DNA from: Styela clava
Lineage: Eukaryota
Direction: 5' to 3'
Length of the DNA: 64,000 nt
Assembly (NCBI RefSeq): GCF_964204865.1
Contig: NC_135254.1
Location: 23,622,001 to 23,686,000, forward strand
Under the pieces are notes generated by a model. It made no database searches. It was not told the DNA's origin and was given only the letters and a program-made list of their open reading frames with translations. This document shows, one piece after another, positions 1 through 21,385 of the stretch. Position 1 is the stretch's first letter. Every line of letters begins with the position of its first letter. The translations under genes and the position numbers were made by a program.

Positions 1-2009
1 GATTTACCTCTAAACTTGAGTCATTGTTGGCAAACATTCAAACCAATAAACAAATAGAACGGGAACGAAACAATGAATTTCGAAGAATTCTACTTCTGTT
101 GGAAGAAAATGAACAAAGCAAGATTCGGAATGTTCGTACATCTATACTGGAACTGAAAAGCCACAAGCAAGGGATATGAAAAAAGCGATACAATTTTGAA
201 AACGGTTGAAATACAACCGGGACAATTCAGATTTTAACATTAATTTCAATGAATGTGCTTCTGGATTTCATATTACGGATATTCGACTCAAAATTGAAAA
301 TATAGTTTCGACTTCAACAGATGGATTTCTTCCAAACTATTCTGAAAATCCTACTTACAAAATGGACAATTCATAGTGTAATCATTCAAGAGCATTTGTT
401 GTAGTTTCATATTTGGCATAGAATGAAAATCGCCTTATATGTCAAATCTATAGTATATATATATATTACTTTTAAAGTTTTATTCTGTCGATGAAAATTA
501 ATTTGCCTGTGATAATTTTGAATATAATAATTGACATAGACAACGTAAAGTTTGATACTTCAGTCTGCCTTCGTTCACAAACTTCTATTGAATAAAACAA
601 ATAGCTGAGTCGTACGAAATTCAGGAGCGTGGCTAAGTAAGTGACTAAAATAACAAAATAGTTCTATTTGCTAAAGAGAAGCACATATCTGCTCGCGTGG
701 GGTCGAGGTTTGTGCGTAAAATATAAAAGAGGCTGGAGCATGATATGAAGATGGGTGGCTACTGTAAAATAAATTCCCTTTAAACAATATTCAAATACGC
801 TGCACGCACAAGTTGATTTATCATATGATTTCGTGGTGTGGCTTATGCAGTCCTGTCCCAAAATTATGCCAATCGACTCTAGAGTGTTAATTTGGAGCCA
901 TTCCTCCGAGTAGCCTATATCAATTAAAGAAATGTAAACTTTTTGGTAGACTCGACATCGTTCCATTGCCAGTCAAGTTATGCTCGATGTCATCTACTTT
1001 TAAACTTGCATTTGCATTAAAAAAATTCACTTGTTGCAGCAATATTACGTGATAAACAGCGATGATACCAAAATGGACTGGTCAGTGGCGTAGCGACGCA
1101 ATATACCCCCTTTGGAAATGCCGCGCTCTTAACACCGTCGTAAAATCTGATTCACATAGGAACGGTAAAGACCTTCATCTTACCACATGAAGATGGACGA
1201 ATCGTCGTCTATCTACCACAAACAAGTGGTAAGGGTGGCAGTTGACTCGATGACTTCACAGTCCCTTCCTGTCTCCCTGCGAAAGTGAAATAAACTGAAA
1301 ACTAATCAAAACTTAACTACTAAAGCCAAATTGACCGAACAATGCAACAGTTTACAGTTACATACCTCAATGGTTACAACCGGCATTCTATTATGACTTC
1401 AACGGCATGAGCATCATTATATCGTCATAGATACCACATAGTGAGTCACAAACTAAAAAAAAGTTGCAAATTAGTTCAGAGTCGGGTTTCCCAATTTATT
1501 TAGGCCACGGACCCCTGGTTGTGAATTTTATTTTTGGCCGACCCACACCCTATGCCGTATTTATTTCTGTGCCTAATCAACGAGAAAGGGTAATGTTACA
1601 TTTGCAACATAAACTACATTAAGGACAGGGTGATAGATGAGGTTGCTGTTCAATGCACACAATTTATCATTTTTTGGTGAAATATGCGGCAAGCAAATTC
1701 CTAGGTCCGATTCTACGGCACATCTCGACCTAAATTTCGTCATAATATTGGTAAGAGCTGATAATGATGCGCGCACATAATATAGGTCGTTTCAAACGTT
1801 AATAAAATTTAATTGCCATTTTTGACAGCAACGGCTATTTGTCCGCAACGCTCAACCAAAAATATGAAATTTCTTCTTGATTAAAGATTTTTCCTCATCG
1901 TTGCGAACCCCCTGCTCAGTCATTAGTATCAAGACCCCTGGGAGTTTGCGGAAACAAGTTTGAATACCATGGTTTATAAATAAGTATACCTGTAGTGATT
2001 AGATATCAC

Positions 2010-3275
2010 CAGTATGTTCCCCAGCTTTTTATTTTAGGGGGGGTGTTTCGAAATTTAGGGGGGGGTGGTAAATAATTTACTATTAGAGATAATACTAGGT
2101 TATTTGTATTCTTAAAAAAATGGTATGTATTTAAGAAACGATGTACATGAGGGCCCCCCCAAGTTGATTGACGGCGAGCCAAAATCCACAGCAGAATAAA
2201 ATTGTAGGGCCAGAAAAGGGGAGCGAGGAAAAGTGCGGGACGACACGGCTGGGGTTCAGGGCGCGCTTAAGCGGCCTGAGAAAATTTTGAGAAATAGGCA
2301 CCAAAATAGGCTCTAAGCTTGATTTTAGATACACCTAGCATCGCGGTTTGTTATGTAATAAAATCAATAATTATAATATTTAGCTGATAGAATTCCCGGG
2401 AAATAGATAACAAACACGACTTTCAACCGTAAATATATATATACTACTACGTTTCAACAAGTAATTTGCAACTGATAGTGACTAATGAAGTTACTTGCTC
2501 ATCTGGCATTGTATGAATGGCTACTTATGGCTTGTTTTGTTACACATTTCACATTTTTTTGAACATGTGTGTTTGACTTTTGTATGAATTAAATTTTGAA
2601 ATACGCGCGTCAACTGATCATAATGGCGCATAATGTTGTATTCCTTCAGAACTGAAATATTTTGTTGGTAAGAAGACAAATCGCTGAAGTTTGATTCTTT
2701 TCAATAAAGAAATAAAAACGCTGTCATTCATCTAAAAAACGTCTGTTTTCAGTGCCTACTTTTCGTTTTGTGACATCTTTAAGCTTTCTTAATATACGGC
2801 AAATATCTAAAATACTGACGTGTGTAATTCTAATACCCATACGCATCCTAACACCCTAATACCCATACCCATCCACAATTAAACTACTGACTGACATACG
2901 TATACATAAGATACCGGTATAATTCAATTGTTACGAAATAAACGTGCTTAAACTGTGATAATGATGTAACAATAGACGGTATCTAAAACTCAAAAGGTAC
3001 TACATGAAGGGTTAGCTCGTTAAACTATTTCACTCAAGTTCGGCGGGCCATTTTAAATAGTCACGCCGGCCGTAATTGGCCCGCAGACTGCGGTTTAGAA
3101 CCCCTCATCTACACTGATAAATATGCCATAGTCGTTATATTTGAATACAATTATACTTGAGTTAGGAAATAAAATGTGGAATCGCACCTCAAAATTAGGG
3201 GGGGGGGGGGGGTGTTTGAAATTTTAGGGGGGGGGGGTGTTCACCCCCTATAGGGAGGGTGTAGGAAAATCACTG
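2010..3275. mobile_element. Non-autonomous hAT element nested in the 1083-5655 element
   Basis: CAGT...ACTG termini with imperfect TIRs. Perfect 8-bp TSD GATATCAC at 2002-2009 and 3276-3283. G-run subterminal repeats near both ends. Confidence 0.8.
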
Positions 3276-3639
3276 GATATCACTATACTGTACATAAAAT
3301 GGTTGTTGAATGGCCTGATTTGCGGATTATGACTCCAGCATTGACTGACAATAGTTTTGTCCCAAGTTAACCTGACGATGAACACCGGCAGTTGTCGACG
3401 CCCACGTGGTGTGATTTGATTCCTGCGAAAGTCTTTGTTTGAATTTTGAGAAAAATTAACATTGGTTTCATATTTTTAATAGTAAATGGGGGTAAAACCC
3501 CGAAATTATGGTAAACTCATAAGGGGTGTTGCTATATACCTTAATGTAATTTTTCGGCTTTACTTAAATCACTGTCAACCTAGGTCGTGTTAATAATGTC
3601 TTGGTTATATGTTAAGTTCTACCGTAAATATATACCACT

Positions 3640-4060
3640 AGAGAGAGAGAGTGAGATTTATTGCCACAAAAACAAAATCAACACTAATATAAACAATAAT
3701 AGATAATAATATAATGAAGAAAATATTTCATCAGTAATAAACAGCGATTGATTATTGTTTTGTGCGGGTCAGTGTGCAGGACCGATTAAGGTCATCTAGG
3801 CTCCCGACCCTTTTGTAAATGCTGTATATAAGGTTATCATGGCATAATATAGTACCATGGGTAAATGCAAATGGGATTAAATAAAATATATATAAGATAA
3901 AGAAATGAGTGAATGAGTCGGCAATTTAAAGTTATTATTATTAAAGTTATCAAAGGGCAATTTAGGATTTTGAGAGGTCATGTACCGATGTAACCGATCA
4001 TGTCCAATGAAAGAATTAAAACAGTCAAAGATTTAAAAAAAGCTTTTTTTTATTGGACAC
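3640..4060 (-). mobile_element. Possible 3' end fragment of a non-LTR retroelement
   Basis: On the minus strand AATAAA is followed directly by a (CT)n microsatellite tail at about 3640-3663. No ORF support, and the upper boundary is uncertain. Confidence 0.3.
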
Positions 4061-4229
4061 AGACCGAGATCAAAAATTGAAAGATAGGGACAAGAAAATA
4101 ATAATATCATCACAGATTCAGTAATGGAGTGCATGACGTAAAAGTATCATTTGACTCCTTTTGGCACCTTAATTAGTTCACATGAAGAAGCAGGGGAAAA
4201 ATAATAACAATCGATGAATATTGTTTAAT

Positions 4230-5300
4230 TGCTACCAGCATTCATAAGTATTTATACATACTTGAATAAGGATTCGAATATTTATGTATTATCCACAATT
4301 AAATATACAGCTCACTTGTTACACAATGAGTTTAACAATATAAAAAGGTTATTAGGTAAATTAATTTACGAAATGAAAGCATGGAAAAACACAGTGACAA
4401 TCACTGAATACTGTATGGTGGCTACCAACATTCATAAAGATTTTTAAAAATATGAATTAGAAATGGAGTATCAATGTATGATCCACAATTAAATATGCTA
4501 TTGATAATGCAGTTCATCACTTATTATATAATTAGTTTAACATGTAAATAGGTTAATAAATTAATTAATTTACAAAGAGGCTAACAACATTTACAAATAT
4601 TCATACCAAGCGTACTTGAAAAAGAACTAGAATATTAATGTATGGCCCACAATTATATATGCAGTTCATTTGTTACAAAATGAATCTTAACAATATAAAA
4701 AGGTTATTAGGTAAATTAATTTACGGAATGAAAGCATGGATAAACACAGTGACAATCACTGAATACTGTATGGTGGCTACCAACATTCATAAAGATTTAT
4801 AAAAATATGAATTAGAAATGGAGTATCAATGTATGATTCACAATTAAATATGCTATTGATAATGCAGTTCATCACTTATTATATAATTAGTTTAACATGT
4901 AAATAGGTTAATAAATTAATTTACAAAGAGGCTAACAACATTCACAAGTATTCATACCAAGGGTACTTGAAATAGAACTAGAATATTAATGTATGGCCCC
5001 CAATTATATATGCTGTTCATTTGTTACAAAATGAATTTCAACAATATAAAAAGGTTATTAGGTAAATTAATTTATGAAAGGAAAGCATGGAAAAAACACA
5101 GTGACAATCACTGAATACTGTATAGTGGCTACCAACATTCATAACGATTTATAAATACTTGAATTAGAAATGGAGTATCAATGTATGATCCACAATTAAA
5201 TGTTCATTTCATCACTTCTTATACAGTGATTTTTAACAATATGAAAAGGATATTAAATTAATTTACGAGATGGAAGCTTGGGAAACACACTGACAATCAC
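4230..5300. repeat. Tandem repeat, about 353-bp unit x3, each unit made of two diverged subunits
   Basis: CAATATAAAAAGGTT(T)ATTAGGTAAATTAATTTA recurs at about 4337, 4691 and 5042. Sub-motifs GCTACCAACATT/GCTAACAACATT and AATGTATGATCCACAATTA/AATGTATGGCCCACAATTA alternate within each unit. Confidence 0.9.
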
Positions 5301-5969
5301 CACCCAAGCTATTATAGAATAAGGGTTCAACTGCATACGCTTACACTTCTTTATTGCACCAGCATAACACACAACATAAGATGCTTACAGCAACAGAACA
5401 TACTAGCGAGTGACGCAACTGCGACACGTTAGCACTAGACAGATAGCACAATCAATTATTAGGGACGTTACTCGACAATGCATTATTAGCCATCACCAAC
5501 AGGTCGTTTAAGTATCTCTGAGAGAATAAATTAATATGACTGTCTTTGTTCGTTTAAAACGTTTTGCCGCTTCGTTTAAAACGTTTTGCCACCCCCATGC
5601 AGCAACGCGCCGCCCCTGGATTATCTACAAGATCAAGTGGGTAGCTACGCCACTGGGACTAGTCACCGGACGAGGGGTTTGGTTCGCCACATGATTGGCT
5701 GTCTTAACGACTTCTTCATCCCCATGGGATAGATATGAAAATCCTATTCTAGCATGATACCATCTAAGCGCCACTACTTGTATTTTTTTTTCAATTGTAA
5801 TGCCGATGTTCCATTCTCTGGAGTAGGGAACTGGGACTGGGAGTTATGTGGGCAAATCAATCAATTTTAATTTGTTTACTCTGACAACAAACGGACAAAC
5901 AAAGCGAAGCGGTTCTGGAAGACGAGCATAACTTAAGCACAAAGTTTAAAAGAAAACGTACGCACCCGT

Positions 5970-6320
5970 TAGGATAGGATAGGATAGGATTTACATATTT
6001 ATCCCGGGGGAGAGGAAAGCCGATAAGACGGCTTATTCATATGGCGAACCACGGTCTCTCGTCCGGTTACCATTCCAAGTCGGGTATGGGATTAGATTTA
6101 CTGTATTGTTTGTTTTCGGAAGCATGGACTTGGTGGTGGAGGAAGCCGTAACCGACCAGCGGTTACGTGAACCACCCAACGACGGCGAGGAGTCCAGCAA
6201 TCCTCTCGCACATAACCATCCCTGCATGGGATTCGAACCTGCGAACCCACGCAGAGTAGTTAGAGGTGCGGTGGCGAGCGTATTCCTAACGCTTAGCCCG
6301 TTGAGCCACACCGCCGCGCC
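5970..6320 (-). mobile_element. Full-length tRNA-derived SINE
   Basis: Minus strand starts GGCGCGGCGGTGTGGCTCAACGGG (Pol III A box), contains GGTTCGAATCC (B box) and ends in a (CCTAT)n tail. Related fragments lie at about 5660-5750, 14500-14630, 17580-17740, 19080-19260, 26398-26665 and 45590-45650. Confidence 0.85.
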
Positions 6321-6633
6321 AACAGTCAACAACAGTTAAAGAATAAAATAAAATAGAAACACACGATACAAAATAGTGAAATACCTTTTAAATGCAAAAT
6401 AATGAACACTTCAGCAAACTGTGCGGGTCGAAACCATACACTGGTCCGCTCCATGTGCAGTAAAATAAAAAACAATGAATCTTTTCATTTTCTCATATCC
6501 ACTAGGTGACACTGCTTCGATTGTTTATAATTGCTATGCCGATGGGATGGCTCCATTCTTGGAAGTGGAGTAGCCTACAGCTGGGAGTCGGGGCCTTGTT
6601 ATATAACATTATAATACTGTAATATTAGATAAT

Positions 6634-6653
6634 GTTACCGGTAACTGGGTAAC
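6634..6653. promoter_or_regulatory. Candidate RFX X-box(es) upstream of ATAT1
   Basis: Perfect palindrome GTTACCGGTAAC (6634-6645) overlaps GTAACTGGGTAAC. Both resemble the RFX consensus GTNRCC(N0-3)RGYAAC. The site lies about 2.5 kb upstream of the ATAT1 ATG, with a LINE in between. Confidence 0.35.
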
Positions 6654-6749
6654 ATTACAGCAGTCATGTACTACTACAGTACGGCACACTTTATCGATCT
6701 AGGACATTGCTTCGTTTTAACCTTTTGATGTAACAAGATGTAAACAAGT

Positions 6750-8940
6750 AAAAATTTGTTCGAGACATGACTGCATGAACTTGCCAAAAACCAACGGACC
6801 ACCACACAAAAGGATTAAGTTCTAAGAAGTTAAACAGTAAAACGACATATGTAGAAATTCTTTGTTTACACTCGAGTTGTTAATCATAAATGAGAACAAT
6901 AGAGTCTGGCATAAAATGCGGGTCAATTTCGTACCTACAGACCTAGGTGCTAGGCTATACAGTATTATGTGGAATTTATTGTCGCCACGTCTCAGCATGA
7001 TAAATTTAAATTTGTATAAGATGATCTTTTTATTAGAGATGATCCAACGAAGTAACTGTACAAAGCTAATAAACCATAAAAATATGCAGGAACTAGAGAC
7101 AATAGATCTCAGTGGGTTGCCCGAGACTTGTTTCCTGAGCAATGCTGCAATGAGAGTTGGTTGCATCCACGATGTTATGTTAGTCAAACGGAGATATTTT
7201 TCATTTTTCACCAATCATCAAAAGGCCCAGGAAACAAATTTGGTTTACACTTTGGATGCACTTGGACTGCAGAATTAGCTCATCGTTGAGGATGGGTAGT
7301 TTTTGTCTAGGTGCACTGAAAATCATGTACTTGGTCTTTTCCGCATTTACTCTTAGTCTGTTTGCAGTTAGCCAAGATTGAATGTTAGTAGGGTCAGCAT
7401 TAGCTTTTTCAATAAGGTCTGGTAAATATTTCCCTTGTAGGAAAGGGGTGGTGTTGTCAGCAAATAGGATAGCATCGGAGTTTTTGAGTGATTTAGGGAA
7501 GTCATCAATCATAATTAAGAAATATATAGGCCCCATAAGCGACTCTTGAGGCCTCTAACACCTATGTGGTAGAGTTTGGAAAGCAAGATATGATGGTCAA
7601 TGCAAAAAAGGCCAAGAAATAGTCCGAGAGTATAATGGCCTTTTTCAAATCTACCCAGTATTTTACTTTACCTGCGAAGTGGTATGTCCCTTGCGAAAAC
7701 CAAATTGTTGCAGAAAAAACTATTTTGTTCTAAAAAGGTAACTAATCTATTGTACATTACTTTTTCTAAAGTTTTTGAAAAAGACGGCAGTAAGCTAGTC
7801 TGTCTATAGTTTTTGACATTTTTCATGTCTCCCCCTTTGTGAAGCGGTACAACTTTAGCGATTTTAAATTCATCAATAAATTGTCCCGATTGCAAAGAAA
7901 GATTAAAAACATGAGCTAGAGAGAGCATGCAGTTCCACGGCATTGCTCTGATAACCTTACTAATAGAGATTCCATCAAGCCCACAGCCGGTTTTAGGTCT
8001 AAAAGCTCGAATAATAGCTTGTATTTCTGTGGCTGTTACGGGTGATAAAAACATCGAAGAGTTACTTCATTCGTCCATGTATTTCATGAAGTTACCGTCA
8101 TTATCATTAGTGAATTTATCAGACATTCGCTTTCCTATCGTAGAAAAATGTTCATTGAAAAGATCGGCTATCAATACAGGATCACACGTTTCCTTATTTC
8201 CCACAACAAATACTTTTGACAGTTTAGATTTGCATTGACCTAGCAGGGTATTCATTGTTTGCCACGATTTTTTCAGATCATTTTCAGTTTTACTCAAGAG
8301 CGATCTGTAGTAAGAATGCTTTTTGGTCAATATCATTTTTTCATAAGTTTTCTTAATTTCCAAGTATTCCTAGAATATTGCGATTTATTGATGAGGACTT
8401 TTTGTAATGTTTCTGTTTTTCGTGTGAAGTTTTGATAATTCTCTATCAAACCACTTTTTGTTAGTTTTTTGATCAAAATTTGAGAAAAAACTGACATAAC
8501 ATGGCAAGAATAATTTCTAAAGGCATCGCTGGGGTCTGACTCTTCATATACTACAGAAAAATCAATACATTCTAATGACGTCCTAAAATTAGTCATATTG
8601 GTCGGATTAAATGATCTAGAAAATCCGTTTTCTTCGTTTTTAAGTGTTTTTTGTTCTATCGGCATGCACAGCATTACAGGTAGATGATCAGAGATTGCAT
8701 CGGTTAGAATAGCGCTGACAGGTTTTCGATCGTATATGTTTGTCCATATATGATCGAGAATTGCCGCGCTGTTTTCACTTATTCTGGCCGGTTTGGTTAC
8801 AGTGGGATAAAAGAATATTGGTTCATCAACTCAGTCAATTCGTTGACAAAACGGTGCGAGGTGTCCACTAGGTCGTAATTAAGATCACCCATTAGTTTAC
8901 TTTGTCTTTATAGTGTGCATTCATTTATTGAAGTTCCAGA
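6750..8940 (-). mobile_element. Degenerate 5'-truncated LINE (CR1/L2-group) ORF2: APE endonuclease C-terminus plus reverse transcriptase
   Basis: Frameshifted minus-strand peptides: DHIWTN...SDHLPV (APE), GLDGIS...AKVVPLHKGGD...NYR.TSLLPSFSKTLEK (RT), ILFADNTT (degenerate YADD), NRLRVNAEKTKYMIF. Internal deletions and stop codons. Confidence 0.9.
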
Positions 8941-9121
8941 ATATAGCCACAAATCCAGAATCAGAGTGGTGTGGCGTACTGCTGTACTGTCTGACTGTGC
9001 TACTTTGCAACCCCACTGAGTTTGATGTTCAACTTATATATTATGTAAAATCAGATGTTGGCCTATTTGTCATTATCATCGTCTGCTTTTAATTTAACGA
9101 AGTGTATATTAATTTAATTCC

Positions 9122-18572
<9,451 letters not shown>

Positions 18573-19927
18573 CCCTCAACCCAATCTTTTAATGCCTGAA
18601 ATTTTTTCCAATGCAGAAAAGTTACAGAATTGTGACTGAAAGGGTCCTAATATTATTCTTTTAGAAATCTTTACTTCAAGCAATAAACTAGCTTACTCTT
18701 AATTTTCGTAGAATCACACCAGATGGTACTTTATCACTTTTTCTTCAAATGGACATTTTTTTTTATTTTCATTACCTCCCGAAAATGCTGTGAATTTTCA
18801 GGTGATCCCAAGTTTAACAAGTAAACCTAAATTTGTATACAACTGTCAGGTACTGTGGCATCATTTACTGTGAACTTTCTAGTAAAAATATTTATATCGT
18901 ACTTGAAATGATTCTCATTTTACTTTTCACCATAGAAACTTAGCTTAGTTATTATTACTTTAAGGCGACTAGTGACTTTTGCAAACTTTTTTTATGAAAG
19001 AAATGTTAATATATAATGCAATAATACACGTTTATATTTTGTTGAATAGTAATGTTTTTTTTTGTATTTGGAAATCTTAACTTCGAAGAGCAGAGATAAT
19101 CCTGTAGATATATATGGGTCGTTCGGTCGGAAGCTTTTGGCCCACATATTACATCCATGGCGTGGAGTATATCCAGTGGTGGGGTGGGATTCAGCCGGTT
19201 CACACTGGTTCTATAGAACCGTCTCACGGAATTTTATGAGATCAGCGAACCGGTAAGCATTACTGGTTACTGTCAATGGATTTTTGCATCTTATCTGACA
19301 CCCCGATTCTTGAGATCAAGTAGCTCACATGTTTTTTTTTCAAAATGTGAAATGATCAAGTTTGCACGTAACAGTTATACATTGTGTTAAGTGGAGTATA
19401 CACCTTCAGGTTTTTAAGTTGATTATCTACACTATATAATATATACAGCAATATAGACAATACACAACATCATCAAAATCTTTGATGTTAATTTTGACAT
19501 AATGATGCTTACTTAACGATGATTTCGAAATGTTAATTAGGAGGTAGTTGAAAATAATCAGTTTATCTTCTAAAAAATATGACGTTTTGTAACAGAACCA
19601 GCTGAAAAAGATGACTTTTGTGATGGTACCGGCTTACAAAAAATTTGAATCCGACCACTGCTAATAACGCTTTTGGTTGACGCGGCATCGAGATTTCGTG
19701 GTAATTCTTCGGCAGTGTAAATTAGTTCAATTCGAGTTATATCGTTTGTATACTTAACCTCCTCACTTGTCGAGTCCACTAAAATAGCATGCGGCATAGA
19801 CTCGTAGCCGATAACGTTGTTTTCAAAAATCGGTTGGTTAATATTACACAGAACGTGCGTGAAACATCTTTGCAGCGTTGGATATCATAATTGCTGATTG
19901 TAATAGCACATCTCTACAGATAAGGTA

Positions 19928-20461
19928 ATGTCTACATTCAAATATTTTGGATATGCCAGTAACTTGGCAGATTACAAAGTAGGATTGGAATGTAAATCTT
20001 GTCGATTAGAAAGCATAGCGCGACTTGATGGCTTTACTTTGAGTTTTGGCGAGTATTGTCCGGATTGGTGTGGGGGTTCTGCCACATTAAGAATGGAGAC
20101 AGGATCTGAGGTTTGGGGAGCAGTCTGGGTTATTGACAACTCGGAGATGGATATTTTGGATGAGCAAGAACATGTTACCAGTGGCCAATACAAAGCGGTA
20201 ATCATCGAAGTTGTCGGCAAGGATGATCGAATTATACAATGTCGGGCATACGAACAGATAGACAAGCAGGGCGAACCAAGTAAACCGTCTCCGCAGTATT
20301 TAGCCGTGATTTTGGATGGAGCGAGAAAATGTGGATTGCCAAATGGATATATTGCTAAACTTGAAGCTGTTGAAACAAATGGTAACAGCGAAATAACGGA
20401 ACTCATGGTTGCAATCAGCGAACGACGCAAAGCATTTGGCCTTCTCAGTCCATTATTTTAA
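19928..20461 (+). CDS. GGCT: Gamma-glutamylcyclotransferase, 177 aa, intronless CDS
   Basis: YFGYASNL N-terminal motif, W.GGSATL, VWGAVW, LDEQE (catalytic Glu position), CRAYE, KPSPQYL.VI..GA...GLP..YI.KL..VETNG. Confidence 0.92.
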   Translation: MSTFKYFGYASNLADYKVGLECKSCRLESIARLDGFTLSFGEYCPDWCGGSATLRMETGSEVWGAVWVIDNSEMDILDEQEHVTSGQYKAVIIEVVGKDDRIIQCRAYEQIDKQGEPSKPSPQYLAVILDGARKCGLPNGYIAKLEAVETNGNSEITELMVAISERRKAFGLLSPLF

Positions 20462-20949
20462 AAACAAATGAAAGATATAATAACGTTTTTTTCTTTGAAT
20501 CCACTCACGATATATACTGTACATTTTAAACACTTACTCTTTAAAGTCTGTGCATGATTTGAAAATGGATGGTTACTGTAGTTCGGCAGAATCGGGCCTT
20601 AAACATTGTTTTGGGACATTAAGTTTTTTTTATTGTTTAGATACAATGTCGATGACATAAATAATGATACCCAGGTGGGTGTGGAGTATATTATGTTGAG
20701 CAATTTTTTTTAAATGGATTTCAAGTATTCGTACCAAGATGACACACAACCTGAATCCTAAACTGGTACACATGCAATGTTGAGGTTGTGCGCCATCTTG
20801 GTATGAATACTTCGAGAGCACTTTTTCGTTAAAAACAATTATTTCATAATTACATGGGTTAGTTTTGAATACATAGTAACATTGCATCTCCTTACAATGT
20901 CAGAAATTCAATTTTAGTAGAATAAATGGTAGCTTATTTCACTAATATA

Positions 20950-21385
20950 AGCTAAGCTCTGCCGCGTCATGTTATTCATCATTTTTCTTTGTTGTTCCTG
21001 TGCTCATTTGAGCATGACATTAATACGCGCAAATGATTTATCCAATTCTATTCGCTTGACTGATTCTCTCGTTTTGTTTATTTCATTTCATGTTATTCGA
21101 CTGCTCGCTTTACTGATTCTCTCGTTTTGATTTGTATTTCCCAAATTGTATTCACTCTATTTTCAAAAATTATTTATTTCATGTTATTGACGTCTTCTGC
21201 TTATCTTAGCAAACACGGTGTCGCTGACACGATGACTTTATTAGTCTCTCGCGGTTCCTCGTCAATTGCGCAAATATTGTATTCCAGTATATTTTAATTG
21301 ATGTTTTGTTATATATTTTGATCAATTTTGTTTGTACAATATTTCATGCACGACGAAAATAAAAATCTGAATCTGAATCTGAATC
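20950..21385 (+). mobile_element. 3' UTR/tail fragment of a non-LTR retrotransposon
   Basis: T-rich tract ending AAATAAAA followed by (ATCTGA)n tandem repeats at about 21365-21385. The 5' boundary is approximate. Confidence 0.5.

Larger units (their letters stand above)
1083..5655. mobile_element. Non-autonomous hAT DNA transposon (4.6 kb) carrying nested insertions, itself inserted into a SINE fragment
   Basis: Terminal inverted repeats CAGTGGCGTAGC (1083) and GCTACGCCACTG (ends 5655). 8-bp TSD GGACTGGT (1075-1082) / GGACTAGT (5656-5663). The flanks rejoin into SINE-like sequence (ggactggt/caccggacgag...ggttcgcca). Confidence 0.8.

Noticed and set aside
1-376. Coding-like stretch at the window start, followed by AATAAA near 591
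   Set aside because: Stops in all three forward frames and no recognisable motif. It may be a gene end or a pseudogene but cannot be called.
4230-5300. CRISPR-like array
   Set aside because: Long contiguous units without unique spacers, in eukaryotic DNA with no cas genes.
6215-6320. tRNA-like A and B boxes
   Set aside because: This is the head of a SINE with a body, a microsatellite tail and many dispersed copies, not a tRNA gene.
19972-20430. 152-aa antisense ORF
   Set aside because: Shadow of the GGCT coding strand with no independent features.
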